NCBI RefSeq assembly: GCF_001194135.2
Contig: NC_068990.1
Location: forward strand, 25,157,060-25,221,059
DNA: 64,000 bases
From: Octopus bimaculoides
Lineage: Eukaryota
Direction: 5' to 3'
A program made the translations under genes and the position numbers. Under the pieces are notes generated by a model, which saw only the letters and a program-made list of their open reading frames with translations, was not told where the DNA came from and did no database searches. Below, piece after piece: positions 27,601 to 36,453 of this stretch. Numbering within the stretch: position 1 is the stretch's first letter; each line of letters starts with the position of its first letter.

Positions 27601-30600
27601 CAGTTTTTGAATCACGTCTTTGTACAATTTGGTCCTTAATGTAGAAACCCGGGCTTGCAATGTGGAAACTCTGTGGAGAGAAGAAGAGTTGTATTAAGCT
27701 TTGACTACTCTAGTGACTCCATTATTTCATCGTTTGTTAAAAAATGGATATTTCCAAGCTTCCTCAAGATTTTATATTCAAGAGTTTAAACTTCAGTGTT
27801 GGAGCGTGAAAATAGATGAGAGATTAATCTCTCCTGGAATGGGATGCTAGTCTATATTAAACAACACTGGTTCATATTTCTGACAGATAGGTGAAATGAG
27901 ATAATGGTGGTGGTGGTGGTGGTGGTAGTAGTAGTAGTAGTAGCAGCATAGAGGCATGCACTGTAACAGTGCATCACTGCATCTACCATTTGTTGGTGAT
28001 TCCCTGCTCCTAGCAGATGACACCTTTGCACCACTCAGGTGACAACCTTCCAACCCATGGGTCTCTTTTTGGGTAGTCATTGCTGGTGAGGGCTTTACAA
28101 GATCAGAGTGCAAATCCTACCTCACCTTTCTACAACACAAAGAGAAAACATTCAGTCTATTCTTTGACTTGCTGGTCCCCACACAGCACAAGAGCGATGT
28201 GAAATGAAATGAAGTGGTTTGCTCAAGAAGACAACATGCCATCTGATCTGGGAATTAAACCCACAATCTGGCGATCATGAGTGCAACACCCTAACCATTA
28301 GACCACATAAAATTAAATGTACAACTCATAGGCTACGCAGCAAAATATGTAAAGTGAGTTTCAATGCAAAACCTTAGAACTTATTTTTGCTCATATAGGT
28401 GAAGCATTTCCAACTGTACAAACTTTAACCATCATCATCATCATCATCATTTAACATTCACCTTCCATGCTGGAATGAGTTGTACAATTTGACAGGGTTT
28501 GACAGATCCAAGGACTCCATCATGCTTTATAGTTTGCTTTGGTAGAGTTTCTATGGCTTGATGCCTTCCTAACACTTTACAGAGTGTACTGAAGGCTTTT
28601 TTTTTATAGGACCAGAACTAGTGAGGTCACCATGTAGCTCACAACCTAAGATCCTTTTTGACTGAGCGGAGCTACAGTAGGAAGGAGACAGTTTTATGCT
28701 AGGAGATGAGAGATCAAAGTATGAAAGAAGGAGTAAGAACAGAACAACTTTTTTGCAGTAGACGAGCTACATGGCAAGACACATGATAGGAGAGTGAATG
28801 GAAGGAACCAGGGTTGAGCTGGAAAGAGAAACATTATAGTGTTGAAGCAGAGTGAAAGTGGACACTCAAAATATGAGTGTGAGTACAAGTGAATGGGGTC
28901 CAAAGCACTTAGTCTAATGCACTAATGGTTCTGTTAGTTTGCCATAATAGTAATAACAAAAATAATAATAATATTCATGAAGAAAGGAAATAATGTTTCC
29001 ATGTTTGACAAAAAGAGAAGAATGAGTTACCGTTTGTAAAATGAATCCGTTTGAGGGTAAGATCCATCTTTTAATGTTTGTATATCCCGAAACAAACTTC
29101 TTGTGGATTCTTCAATGTTTTGCAGAGATCTGTCTAAGCTATCACAGCAACGCTTTGCTTCAACAGGATGAAGCTTATCAATTCTTCTCTCCTCCTAATG
29201 GCAAAATAAATAAATTAATTAATTAAAAGTTGCTTCTTTTGATTATCCAAAATTACAAACCTGCTTAACCCTTTCGATACCAACCTGGCTGAAACCATCT
29301 CTGGCTCTGTAGTACAAATGTCTTGTTTTCATAAGTTTTGAATTAAAATCTTCCACCAAACCTTAGTCACAATTTATGTTCCTAACACTAGCTTAATGAT
29401 AACTAAGTTATTTTACTAAATTCTTCGTTATATTTAAAATTAATTGAAAGAAACACAGCATCTCAAAATAAATATGGTAACAAAAGGGTTAATACACAAT
29501 CTAACCCTTTAGCATTTAAACAAGCCATATAAGCTCAAATATTCTGTTTTATGTTCAAACTGGCCCTGTCCAGCTTCTCACACCTACCCTACAATGTTAT
29601 TGTAAAAATAATCACTATCCATGAAATAATACATCATTAATTCAAAGCAATGCAAATAAAATTACATTTGATAGAGAAATCTGAATGCTAAAGGATTAAA
29701 TCAAGTTTGAATCTGGAAACTGCTTTTAATATATGGAGTATTGCAAGTTACCATTATCTAACCCTTTCAAGGTCATATTTCTAATGATGTTCTTTTAAAG
29801 GTCATGTTATTTGAAAAACATATATTTTGATTAATTTTGAAAATAATCAAATATTTAGTTTTATTAACTTTATATTTTCGTATAAACTTTTGATAGCAAC
29901 TCACATGAAATTACTCCTAATAATATGAGACTTCCTCTTTTTAAAGTTAGGTAAACCTAAAACGGCCCATCAAAATTTCATGTTGCTTCAAACACCCCAC
30001 TTATTGCTTTCAAATTGTGGCACAAAGCCTGCAATTTTAGGGGAGGGGTAAGTCAATTACATCAACCCCAGTTCTCAACTGTTACTTATTTTATCCACCC
30101 CAAAAGGATTAAAGGCAAAGTCGACCCTGGTGGAATTTGAAATCAGAATGTGAAGTCTGAAGAAATGCCTTTAAGCATTTTGTCCAGCACAGTAACAATT
30201 CTTGCATCTCAGCATCTTAAAAACCCAGTTACTTTGCTAAATCCTTCCTTATTTTTAAAATTAATTGAAATAAAGGTAAAGTAATTCAACAGAAACATGT
30301 TTAAAAAAAGGTTAACGTAACTTAAAGTTTCTTATATAAAATTATCATGGAAGAACTTAATTTATATATGTATGAACAGGTGAAGGTGTGTGGCTCAGTG
30401 GTTAGGCTGAGATTGTAGGTTTGATTTCAGACTGGGCGGTGCATTATGTTCTTGAGCAAAACACTTCATTTCCAGGGGGCATGTTAGCCTGGTCACCTAG
30501 ACAGCAGGGTGGTGTCATTCGAAGGCTAAAATGATGCAAAGCCCATTGTGACCAGCAATGTGTAACAACATCTGATAGTCTAGTCAGTCACATGATGTAT

Positions 30601-33600
30601 GAAAAAGTGTACTTTTTCTTTTTTCAAAGAATCCGAGATGGTGTCAGATGGGTTGAAATCAAAAGGGTTAACTGACAATCAGATAACAGAAATATTTTCA
30701 ATAATCTGTCAGTAAATAAAAACTGAATGATACTGCCTTGAAATAAAAGAAATTTTTTAAAAATTGCTTGAGATATATTTATATATATATTGGTAGAAAG
30801 AGAATCTTACCCCCAATATCCGCCATTCTATGTCACTTAGACTATCTTCACTTATTTTGGCTTCTCTGTGGATTTTTTCGGCCAGACGTTGTAGTCTTTC
30901 TAACCTGTAAAACAGCATTTTCATATTATAATTAAAAAGGAAGGAGGGAAATGTGAAAAAAGAAACAAAAAAAACAAAAAAAAAACACAAAACTAATTTG
31001 GGGAGAGAGAGAAAGAAAAAAAAAAAGAAAATTTAGAAAGAAATAGTGGGTGGGTGGATGGATGGATGGATATGTCCAGTAAAGATATGAGAAGAGACCA
31101 TAATTCAAATGAGAATGTAATACACAAACACTCCATCTTATATTATCTACATCATATAACTAATAATCATTCTTTGTTAACGAAACATGCATCAGATGGT
31201 GTAACTAAATATTATTTAATTTTTCCTATTTTGTTTTCCATATACATAAATCATGTTACCTAACAAGTTCTGATTGGATGGCCATATCTTTTTCTTGTTG
31301 TGCCAATAAAAAGCGGCTGAATAGTCTTTCTACATTTTTGGGGTATAATTCATCTTCTAATCCAAGGGGTAACGTGTCATTGCTAAGAGCCTATATAAGA
31401 AAGAAGAAAATATTTTAATTATAAAATCATTTAAAATTTACTCTTTAAAATAAAATTGAAATAAAACAACAAAAATATTTTACATTATAAGAAACAAAAT
31501 TAGTGTGAAATCCTTTTAGTTTTAAAAGTATTTAACAGTGATGTAAATTAAAAGTGAATATTTTTAACCCTTTTGTTACCATATTTCTGTTAATATATAC
31601 TGTCTTTGTTTCAATTTATTTTGAAAATAATGAAAAATGTAGTAAAATAACTGTCATTAAGTTGATGTTTGGTACATGAAATTTTGATGGGAAGTTTTAA
31701 CTTAGAACAGGTTGTAATTCTGTTGTGTCTGGGGAGAGTCATTCTCTTTTAGTGCCTTATAATTTAACACATTCACCAGTAAAATTTCCACTCATTTACT
31801 TATTTTTCTAAAATTTTTGTTGCATCTGTAACCTTTTCAATATTGAAATAAATAAGTGAGTGGAAATTTTACCGGTGAGTGTGTTAAATTATTAGGCACT
31901 AAAAGAGAATGACTCTCCCCAGACACAACAAAATATGCTTCAACACACGAACTCACATAAAGAATCTTGCAAACTAAATCCAAATATGAAAGGTTTTAAT
32001 TTAGATAACTTTATAACATTTTCATCATAGAACCAGGGATGACTTCAGGTGGATTGGTTTCAAAGGGGTTAAATCACACCCTACCATCATTGAATGATGT
32101 AGTCTGGGATTTATTGTAATTAAATAAAAAATGACTGGATGGTCATGGTTGGGATACCTTTGAACCCCTAACAATATTTCTGCTGAAATACACTGCTTTT
32201 GTTTCAGTTAATTTTGAAAATATTGAAGAATTTATTAGAATAACTTTGCCATTATTAATAGTATTTAGAATATAAATTAAAAGGAAATTTTGACGGAAGG
32301 TTTAAATTTAGATTTCTGGAAAACAAGAAGTTTGTATTATAGAACCAAGGTTTCAGTCAGTTTGGTATCAAAAGGGCTAAAGCAAAAATAAATTAAATAA
32401 ATAAGCAAATTGGACTTGAAACTTACTTGAATTTCATCAAATAATCGAAAGAGTTTTTGTTTCAGTTCAAGTCGAGGAGGAACTTCTTCCAATCTGAATC
32501 TACTAAAATCTGCCAGAAGTGACTATCAAAGAAAGAGAAACATTAAATGTCAGATGGAAACACCTTTTTTTTCTTTCTTTGCTTTATAATTTTCAAACAA
32601 GAGAATATATTTTGACAAACTATATTAGAATGATCTTAGATAATGATTCTAATGATAATGATTCAGGCACAAGGCCTGAAATTTTGAGGAGACGGGCAGT
32701 TGTGGCTGATACCAGTGCCGCCTGACTGGCTCCCATGCTGGTGGCATGCAATAAGCACCATGCATGTGTGGGTCGTTGCCAGTTCCGCCTGACTGGCTCT
32801 CTGTGCGGGTGGCACATAAAAAGCACCATCCGAATGTGTTCAATGCCAGCACCCCCATCCCAACTGGCTTCTGTGCTGGTAGCCCGTAAAAACACTATCC
32901 GAACATGGCCAATGCCAGTGCCACCTGACTGGCTCCTATGCCAGTGGCATGTAAAAAGGACCCACTACACTGTCAGAGTGGTTGGCATTAGGAAGGGCAT
33001 CCAGCTGTAGAAACCTTGCCAAATCAGATTGGAACCTGGTGCGGCCTCCTGGGTTGCCAGTCCCCAGTCAAAGTCTCCAACCCATGCCAGCATGGAAAAC
33101 GGATGTGAAACAATGATGATAATGATGGGTAGTCAATTATATCCACCCACTCCACCCCCAGTATTTGACTGGTGCTGGATTTTTATCATCTCACCCAAGA
33201 GTTGTGTTGAATTTAAACTGAGAATGTAAAGTCTGATCAAATGTCACTAAGTATTTCTTTTGATACACAAGAAAATAATGTAATGAACATTGGAAAATTT
33301 CACTTCCAATCTCCTGGGAAAAAGGAAATGCTTACAATTTTACTTTTGCAGACAGCAAAAAGTACTTGTGTACATGTAACTAACACAAAATGAAGCTTTT
33401 ACAGAACAAACAGGTAACCCATACTCATTCATTTGTTTTCTATATTTGTTTGATTCTTTGTTAGTATGGGTTAGACAAATTATTGAGGCATTGTTTTACA
33501 GCTGGATGCCCTTCCTGATGCTAACCCTTATCTGTTTTTCAAGTACAGGATTTCATATTTCACAGTGTCAAATGCATCGAGTCGATGAAATGACACAAAC

Positions 33601-36390
33601 ATCACTCAACAAAACGAAAACAATTGCACAGACACAGATCCCTCACTCTCTCTCTCTCTCTGCTTTTTCGCAGTTTCTCTCAACCAAATCTACTCATACA
33701 GAAGAAGACATTCTCAAATCCTGGAATTCATAAGGTTAGTTTCCTGGTTTCTATAGCTTATAGGTGACTGAGAGCACAACATTCCCCCTGGATGAGATGC
33801 CAGTCCATTGCAGAGTTACTCATCTACAACTGAGTGGGACTAGAACAATGTGAAAATGAAGTGTTTTGCACAAGAACACAATGCACCAGCCAGTCCAGGA
33901 ATCGAAACCATGATCTTGAGATCATGGGTGCAACACTCTAACCACTAGGCCATGTGCAGCTTCATTTCAAAAGAGGGGTAGACAAGGAAAAGAACAGCAA
34001 AAACATTGGTTGAATGAACAAAATTTTATGCTATTTTATGCACAGCTCCCATGACTTTCAGAAACATTTTTTCACACTCAGAGCTGCTGTAGCATGGAAC
34101 AAACTTCCTGCATCAGTTGTCAGCTGCCAAGACATTGCATCCTTTAAAACCTCCATGCTTCCTGAAATTCGCCAACACTACACCCGATATCCCCACCCTC
34201 CATATGCATGCACACATGTATATCATGACGCAGACACTGTTCACTTTCCTGGCATTTGTACATAATTCTGTGTACTGTACATGTATCTTTGATGAGTTGT
34301 AGTGCACCTGAGCACTGTACACAATAATTTCATCATCATTATTATTATTATTATTATTATTATAAAGAATCAAACATCATGTGGGAGAAACTCTTACTCA
34401 CCCTCATCTCGATCAAAGTGCTGGGAAAGTTCCGATTCAGCAGCATTGCAGTTTTCTCTTTGGTCCAGGCAAGTAAAGAGGTTGTGAGCTCACGGTATTC
34501 CTCAACTTTAATTTGTCGCTCCTACAAAGAAACAGTGTTGTTGTCTGGGTTATTTCAGGAGGATTTCAAGTTATGTATTGTGATTTTGTCTTAGAGTTCA
34601 GAAAACAAAAGAGAGTCAGTATTGATTTAGGTAAACTGCTGTCTGGCCATCAGGGGTCACAAGCTGAAATCTACTACCAAGGGTTTTACTGGGTTCATGA
34701 GAAAAGTTACTCTACATTATATTCATATTTTATACGTGTGTGTGTATGTGTGTGTGTACACACATAAATACATTATGGACATATTTTATATATATTTGTA
34801 TGTATTTATATAAATACACACACAAATGCATTATATACATAATTTATACATGTGTATGTGTTTATGTGTGTACATATGTACACATATGTATATAGTCCAC
34901 AGATGAGAACCAGAGATTCTCAGCATAGGAAACAGTAGTACTCAAAAGATTCTAACTTAGACTTTGATGTCTTTACAGAGGATCAAATCCACAAGGTAAA
35001 GAAAAGCTATAAGAGGGATCAAGTTGAGTGGATATAGAGGCAATCATGCGGATAAACAAATTAGATACATTAGATATATTAAATATAATACTTTGGGTAG
35101 GAAATACAAAATATGTAGATATGTCTACTTGCAAAGCAAGAGAAAGCAAAAGGTGGAGACTTTGTGATGGTGAATTTTTAAGTATAAATATATTTATATT
35201 AATAGATCCAACTTCCACAGAATACAAATGACAGAAAATTAAAGGGGTGGAAAAAAGGTGTTATAAGTCCAACATCTGTGTCTGAGGGCTTGGAGATCCA
35301 TAAATAATGTTGGTAGATGTGGTTCATCACAATATGTGGCCATAATGGATACAATCAACATAGGATGAGACAAGCCTCCATCTTCAGGGTAGAAAAGATC
35401 CTACATTTCAGATCTTAATGCCGAGGAGTTCAAAGATGGAATAATTAAATGTAGAGAACTAGCTGTATTAGAGGGAAGAAATAGGAAGGTCAGTGGGGCT
35501 ATAGGGGGGGTATGAAGACAGGAAATGGTGACAGGAGAGGAGATAGTTCAGGAAAAGTGAAGGGTTAATAATGAAGGTACTAAGGTAGGTGGTAGTAGAG
35601 GTAGAGAGTTGGGAGATGAATAGGAGGAGTAGGATAGATAGTATACACACACACACACATAGGTGTAGGAGCGGCTGTGTGGTAAGGAGCTTGCTTACCA
35701 ACCACATGGTTCCAGGTTCAGTCCCACTGCCTGGCACTTTAGGCAAGTATCGTGTACTATAGCCTTAGGCCAACCAAAGCCTTGAGTGGATTTGGTAGAC
35801 AGAAACTGAGAGAAGCCCATCGTATATATGTATGTGTGTGTATATGTTTGTGTGTCTGTGTTTATCCCCCCAACATCGCTTGACAACTGATGCTGGTGTG
35901 TTTATGTTCTTGTAACTTAGCGGTTCAGCAAAAGGGCCCGATAAATAAGTACTAGGCTTACTAAGAATAAGTCCTGGGGTCGATTTGCTCGACTGAAGGC
36001 AGTGCTCCAGCATGGCCACAGTCAAATGACTAAAACAAGTAAAAGAATAAAAGAAAAAGGTATACAAAAAGTGTGCACAGCACATTACCAAAAGGTTTAG
36101 TTTTGGTGGACCATTCCACATTCCATTCTTGTACACAAATGTGATTTGACAATAATCATCATGCCTCAGGATACGCTAGTGTGTGGAATTTAAACTGCAT
36201 TGTATTGTAATAAGGAATGCTGCAAACATAACTGGTGCTCTTTTTAAGTTTAATACCAAGGAATCACACTAACTGGATTGTGCAACAGGACAACTGGATT
36301 GCAAAAATGCCTGTATGTTATACAAAACTTTAGAATACCATTCATGTTTTCTGCATTTCTTAGTATATGCATGTGTATGTATGTGCGCGC

Positions 36391-36453
<63 letters not shown>

